NCBI GenBank assembly: GCA_945870105.1
Contig: CAMBRL010000003.1
Span: 36-64,035 of the forward strand
DNA length: 64,000 nt
Source: Chitinophaga pinensis
Lineage (GTDB): Bacteria; Bacteroidota; Bacteroidia; SXHM01
Reading direction: 5' to 3'
In this document: piece by piece, positions 1-9,130 of the stretch
Numbering within the stretch: the first letter of the stretch is position 1
How the letters are laid out: each line of letters starts with the position of its first letter
Made by a program: the position numbers and the translations under genes
The notes under the pieces: model-generated
The model's database searches: none
Told to the model about the DNA's origin: nothing
What the model saw: only the letters and a program-made list of their open reading frames with translations

Positions 1-370
1 GATATAAACCAATAAAGAAGGTTGTTTGAGCTGTATCAAAGTTTACAAGCAGGTAGGTGTAGTAGTTTTTGTAAAGGTTTTCATAATACTCGGGCTGGTC
101 AAGAACGGATTGTATAAATGCTTCGCGGCTAGTTTGTGACAATGCACCGGACTCAAGTACTGTTGTCCCTTCTGCTTTTTCGGTGTCGCTGGGTTTGCGA
201 CCGAGCACGCTGATATAGGCTTTGTTTACATAGGTTTCAATGACTATGCTTGACAGCGTACTGTCGAGGGGGGGAACGTTGTTGGGAATTAACACTTCCT
301 CGTGTTTGGTGCAGGAAGAAAAAATTGCCAGCATTAAAACAAGCGGCAACCAAAGTGTTTTATTGAGCAT
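1..370 (-). CDS. Lipoprotein of unknown function, runs off the left edge (partial)
   Basis: Manual translation from ATG at 370: MLNKTLWLPLVLMLAIFSSC-TKHEEVLIPNNVPP..., lipobox-like FSSC, open to position 1. Confidence 0.75.
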   Translation of the reverse strand, partial: MLNKTLWLPLVLMLAIFSSCTKHEEVLIPNNVPPLDSTLSSIVIETYVNKAYISVLGRKPSDTEKAEGTTVLESGALSQTSREAFIQSVLDQPEYYENLYKNYYTYLLVNFDTAQTTFFIGLY

Positions 371-459
371 GTCATATTATTTTATTGCGTGAAAATAATA
401 GAATATTTTTAACAGAAGTTTTTGGACAGAAGGATTTAAAGAAGGTTTAATAAAGGGGG

Positions 460-534
460 TTTACCACTAAGGACACAAGGGCACAAAGAAAATGCTTAGC
501 AAAAACCTTGTGTTCTTCTGCCCTTAGTGGTAAA
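460..534. repeat. Palindromic interspersed repeat (TTTACCACTAAGG...CCTTAGTGGTAAA); half copy at 7464-7494
   Basis: Inverted arms visible; CTTAGTG-type sub-repeats recur upstream of lipB. Confidence 0.7.
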
Positions 535-537
535 AAT

Positions 538-1905
538 CTATTTACTCATCTCCGCAAAATTCTTGAAAAAGTGCGGAATGGTTTCAATGCCTTTGAGGTA
601 GTTGAACACTCCGTAATGCTCGTTAGGCGAGTGGATGGCGTCTGAATCTAAACCAAAACCAAACAACACTGTTTTCAAGCCCAACTCTTTTTCAAACAGG
701 GCAACAATAGGAATGCTGCCGCCTGAACGCTGCGGAATTGGTTTTTTCCCGAAAGTGGTTTGCATGGCTTTATCTGCTGCTTTATAAGCAATAGAGTCCG
801 TTGGCGTAACAGCTGCATCACCGCCATGGTGCGCAGTAACTTTTACCTTCACCGACTTAGGTGCAATGGAAATAAAATGCTTAGTGAACAACGCTGTTAT
901 TTCATCTGGTGTTTGGTTGGGAACTAAGCGCATGGAGATTTTTGCAGATGCTTTTGAAGCAATAACTGTTTTTGCGCCTTCGCCTTGATAGCCGCCCCAG
1001 ATGCCGTTTACATCCAGTGTAGGACGGATGGAAACGCGCTCGTTGGTGCTGTAATCCGTTTCACCATGTATATCCGAAAGGTCAAGATGCTTTTTGTATT
1101 CGTCAAGGTTGAAGGGGGCTTTCGCCATTTCGGCACGCTCTTCGGTACTTAGTATTTCTACGTTATCGTAAAATCCGGGGATGGTTATTTTATTGTCTTT
1201 ATCGTGCAGAGAAGCAATCATTTCGCACAATATATTGATGGGGTTTGCAACCGCACCGCCATAGATTCCTGAGTGTAAATCGCGGTTAGGGCCGGTAACT
1301 TCTACTTCCATATAGCTTAATCCGCGCAGGCCAACGGTGATGGAAGGAATATCATTGGCAATCATTCCCGTGTCGGAAATCAATACCACATCGGCTTTCA
1401 GACGCTCTTTGTTGGCTTTTACAAATGTGCCAAGGTTGTCGCTGCCTACTTCTTCCTCGCCTTCAATCATGAACTTAATGTTACAAGGCAGGCTATCGGT
1501 TTTCATCATCAGTTCAAAGGCTTTGATGTGCATATACATTTGTCCTTTATCATCGCAGGCACCACGGGCATAAATTTTTTCGTCCTTAATAACGGGCTCA
1601 AACGGTGGTGAAGTCCACAAATCCAAGGGATCGGGTGGCTGCACATCGTAGTGGCCGTAAACCAACACGGTAGGGGAGGAGGGAGAGATTATTTTTTCGC
1701 CATACACCACCGGGTAGCCCTTGGTCTGGCAGATTTCTACGTTATCGGCACCTGCTTCAACAAGGCGTTTTTTTACCTCATCGGCAGTTTTGAATACGCT
1801 TTCTTTATAGTTAGGGTCGGCACTGATGGAGGGGATTCTTAAGAGGTCTATCAGCTCGTTGATGAAACGGGTTTTGTTTTCGGTGATGTAGTTTTGGATG
1901 GTCAT
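538..1905 (-). CDS. M20/M25/M40 family metallo-dipeptidase
   Basis: YGHYDVQP, ARGACDDKGQ, EGEEE, DLHSG, HSPNE motifs. Confidence 0.93.
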   Translation of the reverse strand: MTIQNYITENKTRFINELIDLLRIPSISADPNYKESVFKTADEVKKRLVEAGADNVEICQTKGYPVVYGEKIISPSSPTVLVYGHYDVQPPDPLDLWTSPPFEPVIKDEKIYARGACDDKGQMYMHIKAFELMMKTDSLPCNIKFMIEGEEEVGSDNLGTFVKANKERLKADVVLISDTGMIANDIPSITVGLRGLSYMEVEVTGPNRDLHSGIYGGAVANPINILCEMIASLHDKDNKITIPGFYDNVEILSTEERAEMAKAPFNLDEYKKHLDLSDIHGETDYSTNERVSIRPTLDVNGIWGGYQGEGAKTVIASKASAKISMRLVPNQTPDEITALFTKHFISIAPKSVKVKVTAHHGGDAAVTPTDSIAYKAADKAMQTTFGKKPIPQRSGGSIPIVALFEKELGLKTVLFGFGLDSDAIHSPNEHYGVFNYLKGIETIPHFFKNFAEMSK

Positions 1906-2067
1906 GTTTTTGGATTGTTGAGAGAGCGAAAGTAGGGGAATTTACAACTAAAAACAGCATAGTGCAGTCTTGTTTTATCCTCAAAACAAATTTCTATCAT
2001 CTAATCCTTAATCTTTTTAGGAAATATAGCGGATTTTACTACTTTCGCAGACTGTTTTTTACAACCC

Positions 2068-2649
2068 ATGGCAAACGTAATTACCAAAAGCTACAAGAAG
2101 GATATTTTTTGCATTGAAGGGCATTGGGAAAAAGACATGCGCAAAACCGACAGCATTCAGCCCGCACTGAAATTGCTGAACTTGAACATGGACGTAAAAT
2201 TTTATTACCAACGCAGCGCAACGCTCGAAGAAATTGCACACGTAAGTTTAGAATACAGCAAAAAAAAATACAACAAATACATTATTTACTACTACGCTTT
2301 TCACGGATTGCCCAACAGCATTCAGGTAGGAAATAAACACATCAACCTGGAAGAGCTTGCCGAAAGATTAGAAGGAAAATTAGCAGGAAAAATAATTCAC
2401 TTCGGTTGCTGCCAAACGTTGGGAATTAACAAACGCAGACTCAACAATTTTTTAAATAAAACTGGAGCGCTTGCTATTTCGGGCTACACCAAAGACATCG
2501 ATTTTCTAAGAAGCACGACGTTGGATATTTTGTATTTCCACACGTGTCAGTTCTGGCAAGACATCCGCAAAATAGAAAGCGAGATGAATAAACTCTATCG
2601 ACAGATGTCGAAAGATTTAGGCTTTAGAATTGTTTACCGCACACAATAA
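2068..2649 (+). CDS. DUF6642-like protein, possible caspase-like fold
   Basis: FCIEGHW, YYAFHG, IHFGCC, ISGYTKDID motifs recalled from this family. Confidence 0.65.
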   Translation: MANVITKSYKKDIFCIEGHWEKDMRKTDSIQPALKLLNLNMDVKFYYQRSATLEEIAHVSLEYSKKKYNKYIIYYYAFHGLPNSIQVGNKHINLEELAERLEGKLAGKIIHFGCCQTLGINKRRLNNFLNKTGALAISGYTKDIDFLRSTTLDILYFHTCQFWQDIRKIESEMNKLYRQMSKDLGFRIVYRTQ

Positions 2650-2657
2650 TTTTTGTT

Positions 2658-2735
2658 GCCACAGATTACACAGATTAACACTAATTGTGTGACGAAAAAT
2701 TTTAAACTACTTTTTTAATCTGTGTAATCTGTGGT
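2658..2735. repeat. GCCACAGATTACACAGATT-type palindromic repeat; other copies at 29371-29400 (half) and 43956-44018
   Basis: ACAGATT sub-repeats with inverted partner AATCTGTGTAATCTGTGG. Confidence 0.8.
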
Positions 2736-2738
2736 GAA

Positions 2739-3287
2739 CTATTTAGAATAATATTTCTCCAGTATTTTCCCCACATCATCACCCTCCACATCCACCGCAA
2801 TTATTTTCCCTGTGTGGTCAACCAGATAGTTTGATGGTATTGCATGCACGCTGAAAGGCTTTAGTTGTGCCGACTCCCAGCCCTTCGCATCGGTGATATG
2901 ATTTTTCCAGTTCAGATTTTGTTGTACAATTCTGCGCTTCCAAAGTCCCGTATCCTGATCTAACGAAATGCTCACCATTTCAAAATCATGTCCACCAAAT
3001 TTTTTGCCGCTATATTTTAAATTCGTGTGAACCAATTCAGGATTATGTTTCAAACAATCACCACACCATGCCGCCCAAAAATTTACTAACAAAACTTTTT
3101 CTTCTTTAGTAAAAGTTGAAAGCGTAAGCGTATCGCTTGTTGGTGCAAATCCGGTGTAATCAGGAAGCATCGTTCCTTCTTCCAACAAACCTTTTGGGTT
3201 ACCGCACGAAGCAAAAAACAATAAGCAGCAGACAACAACAAAACTTTGCGCCTTTGCGCCTTTGCGAGAAAAATTTTTAGCCTTCAC
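2739..3287 (-). CDS. TlpA/ResA-like thiol-disulfide oxidoreductase lipoprotein
   Basis: NFWAAWCGDC active site, ISLD, IPSNYLVD; lipobox FASC. Confidence 0.88.
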   Translation of the reverse strand: MKAKNFSRKGAKAQSFVVVCCLLFFASCGNPKGLLEEGTMLPDYTGFAPTSDTLTLSTFTKEEKVLLVNFWAAWCGDCLKHNPELVHTNLKYSGKKFGGHDFEMVSISLDQDTGLWKRRIVQQNLNWKNHITDAKGWESAQLKPFSVHAIPSNYLVDHTGKIIAVDVEGDDVGKILEKYYSK

Positions 3288-3357
3288 AATAATAATTTAA
3301 AAACACCGTTTAGAGGGCAGCGAATATACTTAAACTAAAATCCTAAATTTGCCGCTC

Positions 3358-5697
3358 ATGCACTACAACAAACTCACACTCACATTGTTTTTTTCGCTTA
3401 TCAATTCACTTGTGTTTGCACAAGGAGTTGGCATTGGACAATGGCGCGACCACTTACCTTACACCAACGCAAAAACCTTAACCGAAGCAGGCGACCGCAT
3501 TTACTGCGCATCAGAAGAAGGTTTGTTTTACTACAGCAAATCAGAAACAACTGTTGATAAGCTCAGTAAAATCACCGGCCTCAGCGACATCGGTTTCAGC
3601 ACCATTAATTACGACAGCCTTACCAACACGCTGGTAATTGCCTACACCAATGCCAACATAGATTTAATTCAGGACAACCGCATCATCAACATTCCCGACA
3701 TCAAGCGTAAAATTATTCCGGGAAATAAAATCATCAACAAAATATTTTTCAAAGACAGCTACGCATATTTAGCCTGCGGTTTTGGAATTGTAGTGGTGGA
3801 TTTAATCAAGAAAGAAATTAAAGACACCTACTACATCGGTCCTAATGGCGACAATATAAATGTAACCGATATCACCAGCAATGGAAACGAATTTTATGCA
3901 TCAACAACGGGTGGAATTTATCATGCCGATGTAAATGCATCCAACCTTGCGAATTATAATTTCTGGTCAAAATATAACAACCTGCCACCAACAGCTCAGG
4001 ATGTATCTCTTTACAGTGCAATAGAATTTCATGCCGGTAAAATTTACACCAATATTCAGGTAACCGGAAACGATAACGACACCCTGTATGTTTACGATGG
4101 CATCAACTGGAACTACTTTGATACCGTTGGCCATCCCGATATAAAAAGCATAACCTCGCGTTATAACAACATGACCGTTTGCCGCAATTATAACCTCACC
4201 GTGTATGATGCCAGCGGCACCAATGTGCTTGTTATTTATCAATACTTCGGTCTGGCCGATCAAGGCCCTCGTCCATCCGAAGCATTTGCCAGAAGCATAA
4301 ACGATGTATGGATTGCAGATGGTAATCAAGGCCTGGTTCACAACACCGATATCTGGAATTTTTCAAACACGCACCCCAACGGTCCTCGCTTTGCAACAGC
4401 CTTTGATATGTCGGTTGAAAACAGCAATCTCTGGGTGGCTTCGGGTGGGGTAAATATCTCCTGGGGTCCGCTGTTTAAATCAGAAGGCGTTGCTTCTTAC
4501 ATCAACAACAACTGGAACACCATTTACCCGAAAGACGATAACGGAAACAATGTGGTTGACATTATCCGCGTTGCAGTTGACCCGATAAACCCTTCACGTG
4601 TATTTGCAGGTTCCTGGATTAATGGTGTTGTGGAAATAAACAACAACGCACAAACCGCTATGCACGATACCACTGGAAACTCTTCTTTGCTTCCGCTTAC
4701 CGGAATTGACTGGATAAGAATTGGCGGACTTGATTTTGATTTAGACGGAAATCTTTGGGTAGGAAATTCAAATGTTACCAAACCAATTTCAGTTTTTAAA
4801 ACAGACGGAAACTGGCAAAACTATAATCCCGGAAACGCTTTTAATCAAAACCTTGTGGGCGACCTCATCATCGACTCATACAACCAGAAATGGCTTATGC
4901 TGCCGTATGGAAACGGATTGTTAGTTTTTAACGACAACTATACCATCGGCACCACCTCAGACGATAACTACAAACGCATGAACACCGCAGCCAACAATGG
5001 CGGACTACCCAGCAATTACATCTACAGCATTGCCGAAGATTTAGATGGAGAAGTGTGGGTGGGAACCGATAAAGGAATTGCAGTTTTTTATTCGCCAGGT
5101 GAAATTTTTTCCGGCAACGGAAACTTTGATGCACAGCAGATTTTAATTGAACAGGACGGCTACGCACAATACCTTTTTGAAACCGAAATTGTTAGTGCCA
5201 TAGCAGTAGATGGCGGCAACCGCAAATGGATTGGAACTCAAAATGCCGGAGTGTTTCTCATGTCGCCTGACGGCACACAGGAACTACTTCACTTCACAGA
5301 AGAAAATAGTCCGCTTTTTTCAAATAACATCATTAGTCTTGCTATTGATGATGTAACAGGCGAAGTATTTATCGGTACACAAAAAGGAATTGTTTCTTAC
5401 AAAGGAACAGCCACCGAAGGCGGTGAAATTTTTAACGATGTATATGCGTATCCAAATCCTGTGCATCACGATTACGATGGACCAATTGCCATAAAAGGTT
5501 TGGTAAAAGATGCAGATGTAAAAATCACCGACATCAGCGGAAAGCTCATTTATGCCACCAAAGCCCAAGGCGGACAAGCCGTATGGAACGGAAAAAGTTT
5601 TGATGGTGAAAAAGCAGCAACCGGTGTTTACTTGGTGTTTGCCTCCAACGAAGATGGTTCGCAAACACACGTAACCAAAATACTTATCGTAAACTGA
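3358..5697 (+). CDS. porZ: T9SS component PorZ (beta-propellers plus C-terminal sorting domain)
   Basis: IGQWRDHLPY N-terminus, VDGGNRKWIGT, YAYPNPV CTD; typical position upstream of recO; TAAATTTG promoter at 3344 favours ATG 3358. Confidence 0.88.
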   Translation: MHYNKLTLTLFFSLINSLVFAQGVGIGQWRDHLPYTNAKTLTEAGDRIYCASEEGLFYYSKSETTVDKLSKITGLSDIGFSTINYDSLTNTLVIAYTNANIDLIQDNRIINIPDIKRKIIPGNKIINKIFFKDSYAYLACGFGIVVVDLIKKEIKDTYYIGPNGDNINVTDITSNGNEFYASTTGGIYHADVNASNLANYNFWSKYNNLPPTAQDVSLYSAIEFHAGKIYTNIQVTGNDNDTLYVYDGINWNYFDTVGHPDIKSITSRYNNMTVCRNYNLTVYDASGTNVLVIYQYFGLADQGPRPSEAFARSINDVWIADGNQGLVHNTDIWNFSNTHPNGPRFATAFDMSVENSNLWVASGGVNISWGPLFKSEGVASYINNNWNTIYPKDDNGNNVVDIIRVAVDPINPSRVFAGSWINGVVEINNNAQTAMHDTTGNSSLLPLTGIDWIRIGGLDFDLDGNLWVGNSNVTKPISVFKTDGNWQNYNPGNAFNQNLVGDLIIDSYNQKWLMLPYGNGLLVFNDNYTIGTTSDDNYKRMNTAANNGGLPSNYIYSIAEDLDGEVWVGTDKGIAVFYSPGEIFSGNGNFDAQQILIEQDGYAQYLFETEIVSAIAVDGGNRKWIGTQNAGVFLMSPDGTQELLHFTEENSPLFSNNIISLAIDDVTGEVFIGTQKGIVSYKGTATEGGEIFNDVYAYPNPVHHDYDGPIAIKGLVKDADVKITDISGKLIYATKAQGGQAVWNGKSFDGEKAATGVYLVFASNEDGSQTHVTKILIVN

Positions 5698-6410
5698 TGT
5701 TGCACACAACACGGGGCATCGTGTTACGCACCATCCGCTACAACGACAAAGCGGTAATCGCCAACATTTACACTGAGCTGTTTGGTTTACAGGGTTATCT
5801 CATCCACACCGGAAAAAACAAAAAGAGCGCTTTGCTGCAACCACTTACCTGTCTGGCAATAACAATTGAACACAAAGCCAACAAAAGCCTGCAGCGCATA
5901 AAAGAAGCGCAGTGCTCTCCACCTTTTTCTGACATTCCTTATAACACATCCAAATGTTCGCTCGCAATGTTTATGGCAGAGGTGCTTTACCGCTCAGTAA
6001 AAGAAGAAGAAAGCAATCCTCCACTGTTTGAATTTCTACACTCAAGCATTTTAGTGTTAGACGAAGAACAAAATAATTGTTCTAATTTTCATCTTGCTTT
6101 TTTGGTGCAACTATCCCGGTATCTCGGTATTTTTCCGGGAAACTATTATTCAGAAACCGAAAATTTTTTTGACCTGGAAGAAGGAATTTTTTTCAGTGGA
6201 AAACCTATCCATGCTAATTTTATTGCAGGGGAAACAGCCCGCTGCCTATCACTTTTGATGAACAATGATGTTCACGAACAGGCAACACTTAACATCAACA
6301 AAACGCAGCGCAAAGAACTGCTTTCTGCGCTGATGAACTATTACCGTATGCATCTGCAAGGCATGAGCGAAGTGCGCTCGCATAAGGTGTTGGAAGAAGT
6401 AATGGGTTAA
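5697..6410 (+). CDS. recO: DNA repair protein RecO
   Basis: TTRGIVLRTIRY, YTELFG, LQPL, C-terminal SHKVLEEV. Confidence 0.93.
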   Translation: MLHTTRGIVLRTIRYNDKAVIANIYTELFGLQGYLIHTGKNKKSALLQPLTCLAITIEHKANKSLQRIKEAQCSPPFSDIPYNTSKCSLAMFMAEVLYRSVKEEESNPPLFEFLHSSILVLDEEQNNCSNFHLAFLVQLSRYLGIFPGNYYSETENFFDLEEGIFFSGKPIHANFIAGETARCLSLLMNNDVHEQATLNINKTQRKELLSALMNYYRMHLQGMSEVRSHKVLEEVMG

Positions 6411-6455
6411 ATCCCGCATTATTTTCTATTTTTGTTTCCCTTTTAAAAAAACCGC

Positions 6456-7439
6456 ATGGAACAACTGATAGCTAATTTTCCTAAACAACTTGAAGAAGCC
6501 ATTAAAATTGGCAGAACAACTAAACTAAATTTCAACGGAAAAGTTTTCGGCAACGTTGTTGTTTCCGGTTTGGGTGGTTCTGGCATTGGCGGAACTATTG
6601 TTTCAGAAATTGTAAGCGAAGAAGCCACCACGCCAATCCTTGTAAACAAAGATTATTTTCTTCCGGCATTTGTAAATGAAAACACGCTGGTAGTTATTTC
6701 TTCTTACTCAGGAAACACCGAAGAAACTTTGAATGCTATGCGCCAAGCATTAGAGAAAAATGCAACCGTTGCCTGTATTTCTTCAGGTGGAAAAGTGATT
6801 GAACTTGCAAAAGAAAAAAATCTGCAGCACATAATTGTTCCGAGTGGAATGCCTCCGCGTTCTTGTCTGGGTTATTCACTCACACAACTTTTGTTTGTCC
6901 TGAATTACGCAGGAATTATCTCCAATCGCTTTGAAAAAGAGTTAGAAAAATCTGTTGTGCTACTGAAAAAAGAAGAAGTAAGAATTCAAAAACTTGCGCT
7001 CAGGGTTGCTAAAAAACTTTACAAAAAAACTCCGGTTATCTACAGCGCAAACGGTTTTGAAGGTGTTTCAATTCGTTTCCGTCAACAAGTAAATGAAAAT
7101 GCAAAAATGCTTTGTTGGCACAATGTAATTCCTGAAATGAATCACAACGAGTTGGTTGGCTGGGTTGATAAAAACAAAAAGCTGGGTGTGGTTATTTTCC
7201 GCAACGAAAGCGATTACTCACGCACACAAAGCCGCATTGAAAACAACAAAGCGGTAATTGCCGGCTGTACTTCAACCATCATTGAATTGGTTTCAAAAGG
7301 GAAATCAAAATTGGAGAATTCTATTTATCTCATTCATCTTGGAGATTGGATTTCGCTTTACATGGCGCAATTACGCAAAGTAGATGCAACCGAAGTAAAT
7401 GTGATTGACAGACTAAAGGGGGCGTTGTCTAAGATTTAA
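6456..7439 (+). CDS. Bifunctional phosphoglucose/phosphomannose isomerase (SIS domain)
   Basis: GLGGSGIGG, SYSGNTEET, NENAK, PEMNHNE. Confidence 0.92.
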   Translation: MEQLIANFPKQLEEAIKIGRTTKLNFNGKVFGNVVVSGLGGSGIGGTIVSEIVSEEATTPILVNKDYFLPAFVNENTLVVISSYSGNTEETLNAMRQALEKNATVACISSGGKVIELAKEKNLQHIIVPSGMPPRSCLGYSLTQLLFVLNYAGIISNRFEKELEKSVVLLKKEEVRIQKLALRVAKKLYKKTPVIYSANGFEGVSIRFRQQVNENAKMLCWHNVIPEMNHNELVGWVDKNKKLGVVIFRNESDYSRTQSRIENNKAVIAGCTSTIIELVSKGKSKLENSIYLIHLGDWISLYMAQLRKVDATEVNVIDRLKGALSKI

Positions 7440-7497
7440 TAAATATATATTTCTTTAATTTTTCTTAGTGCTTCTTAGTGCCCTTAGTGGTAAAAAA

Positions 7498-8226
7498 ATG
7501 CAAAACAAAAAAGTTTTCTTCCACGATCTTGGCTTGATTGATTACCAGGAATGCTGGGATATTCAGAAAGCTCTTTTTAACGATACCATTGCGCGCAAAC
7601 TTAAGAACCGTGATTTGCCACCCGAAGAACAAGTTCCTACCGTTAATCATTTAATCTTCTGCGAGCATCCGCATGTTTACACACTCGGCAAAAGCGGTGA
7701 CGAAACAAACCTTCTTTTAAATGATGAGGAACTGGAAGAAAAACAAGCTGAGTTTTATCACGTAAATCGCGGTGGTGATATTACTTACCATGGTCCGGGA
7801 CAATTGGTTGGTTACCCCATTTTTGATTTAGACAACTTTACTTCCGACATTCATCTTTTTCTGCGCCTGATTGAAAAAGCTGCCATAAAAACTTTGCACG
7901 AATACGGCATTGATAATGCCGCTCCGGGTGATGAAGGACAAACCGGTGTATGGCTTGATTATTACAAAAAAGGCAAGGCACGAAAAATTCTTGCTATTGG
8001 TGTTCACACCAGTCGCTGGGTTACTATGCATGGCTTTGCATTAAATGTAAATACTGATTTAAGTTATTTCAACAACATTGTTCCCTGTGCCATACCCGAT
8101 AAAAGCGTTACTTCTTTACAAAAAGAAATGGGCAGAAAAATAGATATAGAAGAAGCTAAAGAAAGGATGAAGAAAAATCTGGCTGAGGTTTTTCGTTTTG
8201 AGTTTATGAAGAACGGAAATGCTTAA
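7498..8226 (+). CDS. lipB: Lipoyl(octanoyl) transferase
   Basis: CEHPHVYTLG, RGGDITYHGPGQLVGYPI, HGFALNVN, IVPC. Confidence 0.95.
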   Translation: MQNKKVFFHDLGLIDYQECWDIQKALFNDTIARKLKNRDLPPEEQVPTVNHLIFCEHPHVYTLGKSGDETNLLLNDEELEEKQAEFYHVNRGGDITYHGPGQLVGYPIFDLDNFTSDIHLFLRLIEKAAIKTLHEYGIDNAAPGDEGQTGVWLDYYKKGKARKILAIGVHTSRWVTMHGFALNVNTDLSYFNNIVPCAIPDKSVTSLQKEMGRKIDIEEAKERMKKNLAEVFRFEFMKNGNA

Positions 8227-8645
8227 ATTTTCTCCACTCTCTTCTGATGCCTTCCACCTTCAAACGCAGTTTCTAAAAAAACATCAACCGCTTTCAGTGC
8301 TTCTGCTTCTTCAATAAATCTTCCGGGCAGGGTAAGTATATTGGCATCGTTATGTTGTCGGGCAAGTTTTGCTATTTCAGCATTCCAGCTTAAAGCAGCT
8401 CTTATGCCTTTGTGTTTATTGGCCGCCATGTTTATTCCATTACCGCTGCCACACATAATAATTCCAAAATCAACTTCTTTTTTTTCAACCGCATTAGCTA
8501 TAGGATGCGCAAAGTCAGGGTAATCAACGCTTTCTTCGTTGTAAGTCCCAAAGTCTTTTACTTCAATACCTTTTTCTAAAAGATATTTTCTTACTACTTC
8601 TTTCAATTTAAATCCTGCGTGATCGCTTCCTGTTGCTATTTTCAT
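8223..8645 (-). CDS. rpiB: Ribose-5-phosphate isomerase B
   Basis: GSDHAG, DYPDFA, CGSGNG, ARQHNDAN, FEGGRH. Confidence 0.96.
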   Translation of the reverse strand: MKIATGSDHAGFKLKEVVRKYLLEKGIEVKDFGTYNEESVDYPDFAHPIANAVEKKEVDFGIIMCGSGNGINMAANKHKGIRAALSWNAEIAKLARQHNDANILTLPGRFIEEAEALKAVDVFLETAFEGGRHQKRVEKI

Positions 8646-8659
8646 TTTGTTTGGTGTAA

Positions 8660-9085
8660 ATCAGTGTTTTAAATTTTATTCACAAGTTAGTAGTTCTTAT
8701 CCTTTTTTGATGTTGAAAACTTTCTGCTAATTTATTTTGGTAGTTACTTTAAAAAAGTGCCTTATAAATCCATCTCAATTTTCAATGAATTATTTTTCAA
8801 AATAACTAAAATTATTTACACAAAGTAATTAACCTATAAAACATTTTTTTGGTGACCTATTTATCAATACCTATCTTTATCAACAGTATGTTCATTACTT
8901 CATAATTTTCTGATTTTAAAATAACTGTATTGTTTATAACTGTTAATAGAATGTTTATTGTTTTTTAATAACTAAATTAACAAGAAAAACTCAAATTATT
9001 TATTGACAGTATTAACATGCTAATAATAACAGTAAGATTCTTTTTTATAAAAGTATTTATTATTAATTGATTTGTGAATTGTGGT
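8660..9085. other. Candidate replication origin (oriC)
   Basis: Very AT-rich gene-free region with clustered DnaA-box-like 9-mers on both strands; tandem boxes at 9000-9017 followed by CTAATAATAACAGTA trio-like run and an AT tract. Confidence 0.55.
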
Positions 9086-9107
9086 TTTGGTGCTGTTTGT
9101 GTTTGCC

Positions 9108-9115
9108 TAACTTTG
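9108..9115 (+). promoter_or_regulatory. Bacteroidota -7 promoter element TAACTTTG
   Basis: Matches TAnnTTTG with TTTG upstream; 15 nt before ATG 9131. Confidence 0.6.
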
Positions 9116-9130
9116 TCAAAAATTATTGAA

